A DNA stretch of 64,000 bases from a virus, in IMG/VR virus record IMGVR_UViG_3300044633_000631, positions 14,741 through 78,740 of that record; one strand, 5' to 3'. The position numbers and the translations under genes are program-made. The notes under the pieces are model-generated. The model was not told the DNA's origin, did not search any database, and worked only from the letters and a program-made list of their open reading frames with translations. The first letter of the stretch is position 1. Every line of letters starts with the position of its first letter. Below are positions 9,932-18,359 of the stretch, piece by piece.

Positions 9932-10090
9932 TTATACCGCTGCAACAATAACGCCAATAGCAACTTCTTTTGCTACTTCTTGTACATCAGGATTAGTCAC
10001 AACTTTTTCTGCAACATCTGCTGCTTCGTGTACAGTGTGATTAATAGCTTTTCCTGCATCTTTAAATGCTTTATCTAAACTGTTTGTCAT
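9932..10090 (-). CDS. small protein, 52 aa, hydrophobic C-terminus (not in ORF track)
   Basis: MTNSLDKAFKDAGKAINHTVHEAADVAEKVVTNPDVQEVAKEVAIGVIVAAV; ATGA overlap with upstream stop. Confidence 0.6.
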   Translation of the reverse strand: MTNSLDKAFKDAGKAINHTVHEAADVAEKVVTNPDVQEVAKEVAIGVIVAAV

Positions 10091-10878
10091 GATACAACCT
10101 CTACAATTGTGTCAACAGTTACGTCGACAACATCTTCTACAATGCTGTGAGGTACAATAGGAACTAGTACTTCAACAACCTCTTCTACTGAATCTTTTAA
10201 ATCATCTAAAAATGACATACCAATCTCCGGAAATAATCCTGTATTAATAAAATTAACTACTAGTTCTTTCTCAAAGCCTAACGATTCTAAAACTCTTGGC
10301 GTATGAGGATTTTGTTTTTGCATCTTACAGTAAAAATTTTGTTGATCTATATATAAATCTTCGCTAGAAGAATAATTTACATTTGTTAAATAACACGAAA
10401 GTGAATCGTGTGCTAGCTTTAAAAATGCATCTAATTCGGTTATAGTGTTTATATTACTCGCAGCTACCATATCTTTACTGAATATAGCGCGTGCCCATTC
10501 AGGCAACTCGCGCTCTCTCTTCCAGCTATACTTCTTCGTCTCTGAAGCAAACCAACTAGTTAATGGATGACTATCTTCAGACACAGGAGAGTAATCAAGA
10601 AATGCGCCCGTTACCTTATTAGGGCCAGCCACAATATCTACACCAAAGATAGGAGAATTAGAGGTGATTTTTGGGAATATACAGAGATGCATCATATAGA
10701 TTTTCTTAGTGTCCCGAAGGTCAATAATATCTAAATGAGCTCTACGTATATAATGGTTACTATACACTCTATTTTCCCAACCGAAATCATGCTCTTCATT
10801 CGTATCTTCAGCATAGTTATCTAGTAACACTTTGAATTGTTCAGCCTGAACTGTTAATCTTTCAAAGATTTCACTCAT
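10087..10878 (-). CDS. pcyX: ferredoxin-dependent bilin reductase, PcyX/PcyA family
   Basis: RRAHLD, MMHLCIFP..PIFGVDIVAG..VTGAFLDYSP, RELPEWARAIFS, QNFYC..QKQNPHTPRVL; Asp at the PcyA Glu76 position, as described for PcyX. Confidence 0.85.
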   Translation of the reverse strand: MSEIFERLTVQAEQFKVLLDNYAEDTNEEHDFGWENRVYSNHYIRRAHLDIIDLRDTKKIYMMHLCIFPKITSNSPIFGVDIVAGPNKVTGAFLDYSPVSEDSHPLTSWFASETKKYSWKRERELPEWARAIFSKDMVAASNINTITELDAFLKLAHDSLSCYLTNVNYSSSEDLYIDQQNFYCKMQKQNPHTPRVLESLGFEKELVVNFINTGLFPEIGMSFLDDLKDSVEEVVEVLVPIVPHSIVEDVVDVTVDTIVEVVS

Positions 10879-10917
10879 ACAGTGTGCTGTGCAAGGTCAT
10901 ATAAATAATCTATTAAC

Positions 10918-11451
10918 TCATTGAACTTTTTGTATATCGTGCTCATCTGAAATCTCGTCAAATAATTTTAATACGAAATCAAAACATTTATTAGCTTCAT
11001 CAGCTAAGTCATCTGATAGCAAAGGTCTGATCTTATCGATTAATCCTTGTCTATCTTCGAATTCATACATTTTACCGGAGCCTGGAATGACCTTTTTAAT
11101 CATTTGGCCACCATACATATCTCCGAAATGTCTAACATAAATATGAGCTAAGAGTTGCGCCTTATCTAGTGCTAGTATATGTTGTGAGTACTTTTCAACA
11201 GAATCGTAATTGAGCGCATCACAATCTAATTCATCAAAGTCTTGAAATATTTTAATGGAACGTTCTATCCCTTCAAGGTTATCAAGTACTCCGAGAGACC
11301 TGGCTCTTTCTTCTAAAATAGCATAGCATCTGAATTGTGAATATAGATAGTCTGCATATATTTCTTTTGGTATTGTTCCACTTAACAATAATTTAGTGAA
11401 GCGGTGATTTTCCGCCTCACTATGTTTATCGTGGATTAAGTCACGTAGCAT
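10918..11451 (-). CDS. hemO: heme oxygenase (HemO/Ho1-like)
   Basis: LRDLIHDKHSEAE (proximal His), AHIYVRHFGDMYGGQMI distal helix motif; adjacent to bilin reductase. Confidence 0.9.
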   Translation of the reverse strand: MLRDLIHDKHSEAENHRFTKLLLSGTIPKEIYADYLYSQFRCYAILEERARSLGVLDNLEGIERSIKIFQDFDELDCDALNYDSVEKYSQHILALDKAQLLAHIYVRHFGDMYGGQMIKKVIPGSGKMYEFEDRQGLIDKIRPLLSDDLADEANKCFDFVLKLFDEISDEHDIQKVQ

Positions 11452-11810
11452 TACGCAGGAGGAACAGGTGGAATAAAATCAGCAATTGATTCAATGTTTT
11501 CATAAACTTGCGGTAAGTCTCTTAATTCTTGGCGATAGGCTTTCCATTCTGCAATTTTTTCTTGAGACAGTCCAGTATCAGGAAGTTGCGTCCAATCTGA
11601 TTTTTCTAATAAATAATCACGATGGCTACGGATACCTGCTAATAATTGCTCTGTGGTAACAACCGGTGCTTCATATGGTTCAAAATATTCTACATAGCCT
11701 GCTTCTGTAAGACCGACTTGGTCGCTAAGACCAGTTCTACGCAATACTTCTTCGTATGGGATTTTACTTTCAATAATTATTTCATTTACAACATAGTTAT
11801 ATAATACCAC
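11451..11810 (-). CDS. tail fibre assembly chaperone
   Basis: RDYLLEKSDWTQLPD...WKAYRQELRDLP motif. Confidence 0.8.
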   Translation of the reverse strand: MVLYNYVVNEIIIESKIPYEEVLRRTGLSDQVGLTEAGYVEYFEPYEAPVVTTEQLLAGIRSHRDYLLEKSDWTQLPDTGLSQEKIAEWKAYRQELRDLPQVYENIESIADFIPPVPPA

Positions 11811-12724
11811 TACATATCTCCTGTACCTGTTGATGGGAACCTTCTACCTTCGCCCCATATAATTCTTACACAACCGCGTCCGCCTGGATTCATACCAGCG
11901 CCACCATATGTAGCATTAGACCCTGTGCCAGCTCCGCCACCGCCATATAAGCCGCCACGTCTACCGCCAAAAACACCATAACTCCACCAAGGGTTTTCAC
12001 CTATGGTTCCACTTTCTCCGCCACTACCGCCCTGGCCGCCAGAGTGACTACGATGACTACCACTAGGGCCTTGGCCAAATGGCCCTGTACCACCTCCTGA
12101 AGCACCTCCATGTGTGGAACTATAAGTACCACCTCCTGCTCCTCCACCGCCAGCCCCATTAGAGCTTTGAGCACCGCCATTGCCTGTGTATCCGCCAGCA
12201 CCGCCGCCGCCATATTGACCAGAGGCGCCACCGTTGCCACCGCCATCGCCAACATAACCGCTACTATCCTGACTACCACCACCACCGGATACAACACTTG
12301 TACTAATGAAATAGCTACTTTTGCCGGCATAGGAGCCATTAGCGCCATCACCGCCTTCACCAACTACAACTGTGTAATTTTGGCCTGGAGCTACAGGAAT
12401 ATCATTTCTCCAACCTAAACCTCCACCGCAACCTCCATAATTTGACCATTGGGAGCCGCGACTGGCTTCACCGCCTCCAATGCAAACAACGGAGACCTTA
12501 GTAACACCAGGTGGGCACGTCCAAGTATAAGTTCCTGAACCAAAGCCATAGAGGGCTTGGCCAATAGGACCGCCACCACCACCACCACTAGTACTAGTAC
12601 TTCCAAAAGATAGATTACCTTTCCCATCTGTAACTAAAGGCGCATTGGCTGCACCATCCTTAGAGGGCAATGTAAGAGTAACACCATCTCTTTTCTGAAT
12701 CTGATCTGTTATAATTTTTGTCAT
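11810..12724 (-). CDS. glycine-rich fibre/adhesin protein
   Basis: TWTCPPGVTKVSVVCIGGG, poly-Gly loops, GCVRIIW end. Confidence 0.75.
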   Translation of the reverse strand: MTKIITDQIQKRDGVTLTLPSKDGAANAPLVTDGKGNLSFGSTSTSGGGGGGPIGQALYGFGSGTYTWTCPPGVTKVSVVCIGGGEASRGSQWSNYGGCGGGLGWRNDIPVAPGQNYTVVVGEGGDGANGSYAGKSSYFISTSVVSGGGGSQDSSGYVGDGGGNGGASGQYGGGGAGGYTGNGGAQSSNGAGGGGAGGGTYSSTHGGASGGGTGPFGQGPSGSHRSHSGGQGGSGGESGTIGENPWWSYGVFGGRRGGLYGGGGAGTGSNATYGGAGMNPGGRGCVRIIWGEGRRFPSTGTGDM

Positions 12725-12747
12725 AAGTTATCCTAATAAGGTAAAAT

Positions 12748-12769
12748 GAGTAGGGCAATAACCCTACTC
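12748..12769 (-). terminator. stem-loop, putative terminator
   Basis: GAGTAGGG-caataa-CCCTACTC followed by TTTT on minus strand. Confidence 0.55.
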
Positions 12770-12774
12770 CGTTA

Positions 12775-13164
12775 TTAGACAGACAAAACTGGAAAGACTA
12801 TTTCGTTTGGATAGTCTTTTTGTTTTGCGACATTATCTAAGGCTAGTCTATACTCTGAAATAGACTTCTTTTTGTCCTCAGAATACGCATCCCACAATTC
12901 AGGACTAGTAAGCTCTTTTAATTCTAATTTAAGCTGATCTAACTTACGTTCTGCAGCTCTAGTTAAACGAATTTTATTAAGTTCTTTTTGAAACTCTTTT
13001 AGTTCTGCATCTGCCAATTCTACAATTTTGCCTTTAACTAATTTAAGCTTATTATAGTCAAGAAAACTAGAAGGAATTTCAAAAAATTCCTGTTTAGTTT
13101 CGTCGTCTGGTAAAACATTTTGAGCTTGAATTAGGCTGCCTGTTTCATCAAACCTTGCAAACAT
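12775..13164 (-). CDS. tail fibre assembly chaperone-like protein
   Basis: C-terminal EYRLALDNVAKQKDYPNEIVFP, a degenerate YRQALRD..Q.GFP..I.WP motif. Confidence 0.6.
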   Translation of the reverse strand: MFARFDETGSLIQAQNVLPDDETKQEFFEIPSSFLDYNKLKLVKGKIVELADAELKEFQKELNKIRLTRAAERKLDQLKLELKELTSPELWDAYSEDKKKSISEYRLALDNVAKQKDYPNEIVFPVLSV

Positions 13165-14093
13165 TATCTATCTCCGTACTGAGTAGCGCACTGTGTATAA
13201 TACCTAGGCATATCTAAATTATTAGTAGCATTTCCTAGATTCCGATTAGTACGTAATGTTTCTAACATCCGTAAATCACAAATAACAGAGCCATCAATTA
13301 CAGTATCTAAATTGTAGTAATAATGTGAATCTACGAATTTATTAGTTGTTTGATAGTTGTGTGAAGTTGCATATAAAAGCAATACTGTAGTATTTGCAGG
13401 AATTACTACTGAAGCGTTACCGCCTGTGTTATTGGTACTTGCTGCATAAGTATAAGGTTGTGACCAAGTTCCTGAAATTACAGCACTATAAGTTACGTTG
13501 TTAGTCGGAGTGTATACAGCAAGAGCAGCGCCACCGTATGAGCTAAAATCAGCGCTATGATAAAAAGTAACTGTTTTAGTAATTGATGCGCTGGTAGTAT
13601 TACGTAATGGAAGTACTGACATTGTAATACCAGTATAGTCATCAGTTGTGTTGTTATCATAATATTGCAGCTGGCGCATATGGCCTAAACGCTTGTTATT
13701 TGCATAATAGCATTGGCGATAAATATCACCATTACGGTTGTATGCAAATAAACGATCACTGGTGCTTGTTGGCATACCGTCGCCCATTACCATGTTGAAA
13801 GCCGCATAGGTACTATTAGCATCTGTCGTAGTGTTACCTACGTAGCGTGCTGAGTATATTTGACCCCCAGGGCCGTCACTAGTCCACGAGCCAGTACTGC
13901 CATACACGTTGCCTTGTGCAGCACTTGTTACAATCATACCGATTGTGTTACCTTCGACAGGCGCGAATTTAACACTACTAATTGATAAATTACCATTAGC
14001 ATCACTATACACTGCTCCCGCAGTTGCTGTTGAAGGTAATGTAAATGTTGAACCACCTGGTTTTTGAATTTGATCTACTATAATTTTACCCAT
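13164..14093 (-). CDS. fibre/receptor-binding-like protein
   Basis: N-terminus paralogous to 11810..12724 (KII.DQIQK..G.T.TLPS...D..GNLS); Thr/Asn/Tyr-rich beta body. Confidence 0.6.
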   Translation of the reverse strand: MGKIIVDQIQKPGGSTFTLPSTATAGAVYSDANGNLSISSVKFAPVEGNTIGMIVTSAAQGNVYGSTGSWTSDGPGGQIYSARYVGNTTTDANSTYAAFNMVMGDGMPTSTSDRLFAYNRNGDIYRQCYYANNKRLGHMRQLQYYDNNTTDDYTGITMSVLPLRNTTSASITKTVTFYHSADFSSYGGAALAVYTPTNNVTYSAVISGTWSQPYTYAASTNNTGGNASVVIPANTTVLLLYATSHNYQTTNKFVDSHYYYNLDTVIDGSVICDLRMLETLRTNRNLGNATNNLDMPRYYTQCATQYGDR

Positions 14094-14109
14094 TTTTTAG
14101 CTCCTAGTT

Positions 14110-17100
14110 TTAAAATAAATATGTACGTGGAATGTCGAGAATGCTTACTGTTGATGTTGTGCCTACAGTAACAGTAACCCAATCAGGGATACTATATTGC
14201 TGTTTGGCAGACAAGAAACTGCCTGTTAAAGTTGTACTTGCAGAAGGACTCTTGACCAATGTTTGTAAAACGGTGCCTGTGGTGATATCCACTAAGATTA
14301 CAGCTCCTTCGATTGCAACTGTGCTACTAATTACCGTACCTGTTGTTATATATTTAACTTCATCTTCGCCAACTACATTATCAGTGTCGGTAATAAGAGA
14401 GGTTAACGGATATATAGTTGTCGCATCGATAGCGGCTACTGTAGAAGCATTTCGAGAATCAACATAAGCTTTAACAGCGTGTTCTGTTGGAACGGCTACA
14501 TTAGAATCACCGGATAAGGTCGCATCACTAGAAAACTCATTAATAGTTTCACCAAGCTGTGCTCCAATGGAACCGAGCTTTAATGATGTTAACCCTGCTA
14601 GATCGAAAGCATTAGCATTAAGTGTAGCACGACCAGTAGCCTGATCAATCCTGAAATATTCACCTACTCTAAAGTTACCATCTTGATCGGTACTTACATA
14701 GAAAACACGCCCTGGATAAGCTTCTTCGGTTTCATTACCTTGAGCTGCCGGCTGTGTTGGGAGACCTGGATAATTAGTTGTTGTTACACCGCCAGTACCA
14801 ATACTTAAAAAGTCATGTCCTGTCAAACGAATCTGACTATATTTTGTTCTTACAGTCGCAACAGTCCCGCTAGGCGATCCTGTAGGTTTTTCCTGTGATA
14901 AAATTAATACTAATGTACTAGTATTATTAATATATGTGCCAGAAACACTTTGAATAACGTATGCATAAGTATCACCCACTAAGGAAATACTCGAGCCAGG
15001 CTTAGGCGCTGCGGTCAGATTCGTAACTACTAACACAAAACCTTTCTGATTCTCTAAAGCTCCAGCTGATACAGTACCTGTACCACCACTTGTAAATGTA
15101 AGTGCATCGCCTAATGTAAATGTGCCTGTGGCATTTTTCACATAAAGTTTATTGGCGGAATACTGAACATTAGTCACAGTAGCGCTACCGTTGGGGCCTG
15201 TTACTATATCGTTTTCGTTTATCGAGCCATTGCCATATAGGAAGTTTATTTGTTGACCAACTAAAGCACCTGTAATCGGCGTTTCAGACGTATCATACCC
15301 TCTTGAGACTGCACCCCAAGTACCATAGCTGTTATTGCCATTTAATGCACGAATGAAACCACCGCCCGTAGCTGAATAACCAAAGTAGCAATAATATGTG
15401 AAACAAGATACAATCTCAGCTTTACCACCATCTTTTACCCAGTAGCCTACACCATTATCTGAGATAACAGTATAGCCATGGAAGATCATAGTTCTAGCAC
15501 CAGCGGCATGAATACTACCGTCAATTAATGCCCCAATAGCTCCACTACAAATCGCAGCACATTCCAAAACATAAGGCGATTTGGTCATAACAGGCGATGC
15601 TGGGTTAAATCTTACAACTACACCTTTTATTGTGGATGTTGTGATATCTTCCGCAGTCGTACCTGTAACCCACCCTGTCATACCTTTGAAGGTCATTTTA
15701 TTAAGGATAGACCCATTGCCCATCAAGAACATTGAAGAATTGGCGTTGCTTGTTATACCATCTGTTGATAACCCAGCTTTAGCTTGAATGGTAACAGTAC
15801 GCTGACTATCGCCTACAATCGCTGTATGATCTGGAACAATAATAGGTAATTGTTCATCATAGGTACCAGTCTTAACGAAAATAGTTGCGTTAGTACCACA
15901 CTGTTCTGTAGCATACTTTAAAGTAGCAAATGGTGTAGCTAAATTTCTACCTGAATCTAATGTATCGACACCGTGCGGTGCTACATAGAATATTTTATTA
16001 GATTCTGTTGCACCAGTCCAGTCAATTAGATTGCCTGAAACACCTACCGTTAACGAACGCCCTGTATCACCATTTACAATAGGCGGAAGGACATCCGAAC
16101 CGCCGACAACAAATTGTGACCATTTAGCGGAGTCTTGAACAAATGTCGGCGCTGAAGTGTGAGTTGCAGTTGCAATGTAAGCAGAACCTACAGCATCTTT
16201 AACAATATCGTCAGGTAAATATAAAGTACTTGTTGCCCATGCTCCACGCCATCTAATACCACTATTATACTTACGCCAAGCACCTGCCGCTAAATCTGTG
16301 GCAAATACTGTAGATGCATGTGGTAATAGTGTAATATAAGTATTACCACCATAAGTAACAACTTCATCTATGCCGTAAGCCGTAGCAGTTGTCCAGTCCC
16401 CCTTGTTAGAAATACCGCCTACAATTCTAGTCCAAGATGTTGTGACTGTAGGATTAACATTAGTACTATCGATTACTGCTTGGAATAAAGAACCGCCATA
16501 AGTAATTGTTTGTCCAATCTTATATGCTGTTGCGGGTGACCATACACCTAAGTAAGAAAAGCCTGCGAGATAAATATCCCAATAGCTTGTTTCTGTAGGT
16601 AGATGACCTGTTGTATCTACTTTAGCTTTATAAATATTTGCACCATATGCTACCAAATCGTTAGGCACATACACTGTTGAATTATTATAAATAGCCTTTA
16701 CAGAAACACCTTCAACAAATTTATCCCAGAAAGCTGTTGCTGTGGGTAAATTGTTAGTTGAATCTTGTTTAGCAATATAAGTAGAACCACCATATACAAC
16801 TACATCATTCTTTTGATAAATGCCTGATGAAGAATATGTGCCTTCATACTGAATACCATCTGCAAATTGAGACCAATAAGCTGAGTTAGGAGGTGTTACA
16901 TTAACGGTATCGACAATACATACATATACTTTACCCCCATGTGCTACACCATCACCAATACGATAATTAGTTGAAGTGCTGAATACACCTTTAAATTTAA
17001 AACCCTCTACCATTAACGCCCAATGTGAGGTAGCGGTAGGTAATACACCTGCGGTTTTTAATGCAAATGTATAAACATAAACATTACCGCCATATTTTAC

Positions 17101-17187
17101 AACATCGTTTGTTTCGTAAGATGTAGTTACCAACCACTCTCCCGCGAACTGAAATCTTAGCTTCCCTAAGTCTATATATTGTGTCAT
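14110..17187 (-). CDS. large fibre/spike protein with carbohydrate-binding-like repeats and a probable beta-helix
   Basis: About 7 W/Y-x4-Y-x2-(N/G)DVV-x-YGG-x-x-Y repeats; FYVAPHGVD..G.....PFATLKYA and IFVKTGTYDEQLPI motifs typical of pectin-lyase-like folds. Confidence 0.7.
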   Translation of the reverse strand: MTQYIDLGKLRFQFAGEWLVTTSYETNDVVKYGGNVYVYTFALKTAGVLPTATSHWALMVEGFKFKGVFSTSTNYRIGDGVAHGGKVYVCIVDTVNVTPPNSAYWSQFADGIQYEGTYSSSGIYQKNDVVVYGGSTYIAKQDSTNNLPTATAFWDKFVEGVSVKAIYNNSTVYVPNDLVAYGANIYKAKVDTTGHLPTETSYWDIYLAGFSYLGVWSPATAYKIGQTITYGGSLFQAVIDSTNVNPTVTTSWTRIVGGISNKGDWTTATAYGIDEVVTYGGNTYITLLPHASTVFATDLAAGAWRKYNSGIRWRGAWATSTLYLPDDIVKDAVGSAYIATATHTSAPTFVQDSAKWSQFVVGGSDVLPPIVNGDTGRSLTVGVSGNLIDWTGATESNKIFYVAPHGVDTLDSGRNLATPFATLKYATEQCGTNATIFVKTGTYDEQLPIIVPDHTAIVGDSQRTVTIQAKAGLSTDGITSNANSSMFLMGNGSILNKMTFKGMTGWVTGTTAEDITTSTIKGVVVRFNPASPVMTKSPYVLECAAICSGAIGALIDGSIHAAGARTMIFHGYTVISDNGVGYWVKDGGKAEIVSCFTYYCYFGYSATGGGFIRALNGNNSYGTWGAVSRGYDTSETPITGALVGQQINFLYGNGSINENDIVTGPNGSATVTNVQYSANKLYVKNATGTFTLGDALTFTSGGTGTVSAGALENQKGFVLVVTNLTAAPKPGSSISLVGDTYAYVIQSVSGTYINNTSTLVLILSQEKPTGSPSGTVATVRTKYSQIRLTGHDFLSIGTGGVTTTNYPGLPTQPAAQGNETEEAYPGRVFYVSTDQDGNFRVGEYFRIDQATGRATLNANAFDLAGLTSLKLGSIGAQLGETINEFSSDATLSGDSNVAVPTEHAVKAYVDSRNASTVAAIDATTIYPLTSLITDTDNVVGEDEVKYITTGTVISSTVAIEGAVILVDITTGTVLQTLVKSPSASTTLTGSFLSAKQQYSIPDWVTVTVGTTSTVSILDIPRTYLF

Positions 17188-17396
17188 ACTACTTTCACCC
17201 TTAAATGGCCTGTAGCACTCCAGTCAAACTGGTGAGCATTCCTAGACCATAGCCATTGTTTGTAATCTTCACTATCGATAAAACCTTCTTGAGGTAATAC
17301 AATAGGAGATTCCCCTGAAATAACTTCTACAGTCAATGAACTAGTTTTTGAGTCTACCCTAAAACCATAAAATGTTTCGTCTACGTGATTAAACAT
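17184..17396 (-). CDS. hypothetical protein
   Basis: 70-aa ORF overlapping its neighbours. Confidence 0.6.
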   Translation of the reverse strand: MFNHVDETFYGFRVDSKTSSLTVEVISGESPIVLPQEGFIDSEDYKQWLWSRNAHQFDWSATGHLRVKVV

Positions 17397-17710
17397 TATG
17401 CGACTCCTGTTAACATAGCAAGACGTACGTCAATGGAGTTAGCCAGTGAGCTAATAGCTTTAACTACATCTCCAGACTCTAACACAATCTTACCTTGTAC
17501 GACTTCTTTGCTATCATTACCTTTTAATCTATAATTCTTTAGAAGATAAGTATCAGTAGAATTTGTTATCCAAATACTTATCGGTAAGTCGAAATTGGTA
17601 AGATTTGAGATATTACAGCCGATCAATATTACAGAAGAAGTAGCAGTATATATGGTTGTAGCGGTAGTCCCGATACTAGATGCACTGACTCTTTTAAAAT
17701 TTTGAGCCAT
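17396..17710 (-). CDS. hypothetical virion-associated protein
   Basis: 104 aa beta-rich; KIVLESGDVVK motif common in small phage structural proteins. Confidence 0.55.
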   Translation of the reverse strand: MAQNFKRVSASSIGTTATTIYTATSSVILIGCNISNLTNFDLPISIWITNSTDTYLLKNYRLKGNDSKEVVQGKIVLESGDVVKAISSLANSIDVRLAMLTGVA

Positions 17711-17712
17711 AA

Positions 17713-17880
17713 TTACCCCAATGCGATTGCCATTGCAATTGCAGCATCTGTACTAATCTGTGGAAGCAAATCAGAGAGTTCCTCTATACCTGCTTTTAAA
17801 TTAGTTAAGTTTGTGTCCATTTGTACAATAGTCAAAGGTTCTTCTTGACTCGCGCGTGTAGTTATATCTACCGTAGTCAT
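17713..17880 (-). CDS. small structural-like protein, 55 aa (not in ORF track)
   Basis: MTTVDITTRASQEEPLTIVQMDTNLTNLK...AIAMAIALG; fills the gap exactly. Confidence 0.6.
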   Translation of the reverse strand: MTTVDITTRASQEEPLTIVQMDTNLTNLKAGIEELSDLLPQISTDAAIAMAIALG

Positions 17881-17881
17881 T

Positions 17882-18349
17882 TTATGGTGCTACAGTAATT
17901 TTCCAAGTGATCGCTAAAGTATCTAACGCGCCTTTATTGATTACTGGGAATTTAGTGCGAGCAACCATTAAACCTGTAGTTAAGTCATTAAACAAGCCTG
18001 CCTCACCAATAGCGCCTGTTGCAATACCTGCTGCAAATGAAGCTACATATTGAACTGAATCGTTTAATACAGTTGTCTGTACTCTGACAGCTGCTGAAGA
18101 TAAGCCTACACGAGGTGTTAACGGATTTACTAATACTGCGTCTGTTGCAGAGACAGCTGTTGCTGTTACATCAGTACCGACTTGCATATGTGAAACTACA
18201 GGTGTTGAGGCGTCTAGCATACGTGAAGTAATAAAGGCTAAGCCTGTATTTACCACTAAATTAGTTTCTTCTTGTTGTTTGATATTACCAAATTCATCGG
18301 TCAATACGAGGTTAACAATACCTGCTGGTCTTAAACTATCTTTTAACAT
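17882..18349 (-). CDS. putative structural (fibre-anchoring) protein
   Basis: NLVVNTG...IGEAGLFN...INKGALDTLAITWKIT pattern common in phage structural genes. Confidence 0.55.
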   Translation of the reverse strand: MLKDSLRPAGIVNLVLTDEFGNIKQQEETNLVVNTGLAFITSRMLDASTPVVSHMQVGTDVTATAVSATDAVLVNPLTPRVGLSSAAVRVQTTVLNDSVQYVASFAAGIATGAIGEAGLFNDLTTGLMVARTKFPVINKGALDTLAITWKITVAP

Positions 18350-18359
18350 TTTTTAATCC

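Noticed and set aside
12001-12627. Alternative-frame ORFs within the glycine-rich gene
   Set aside because: By-product of GGN codon runs lacking stops in other frames
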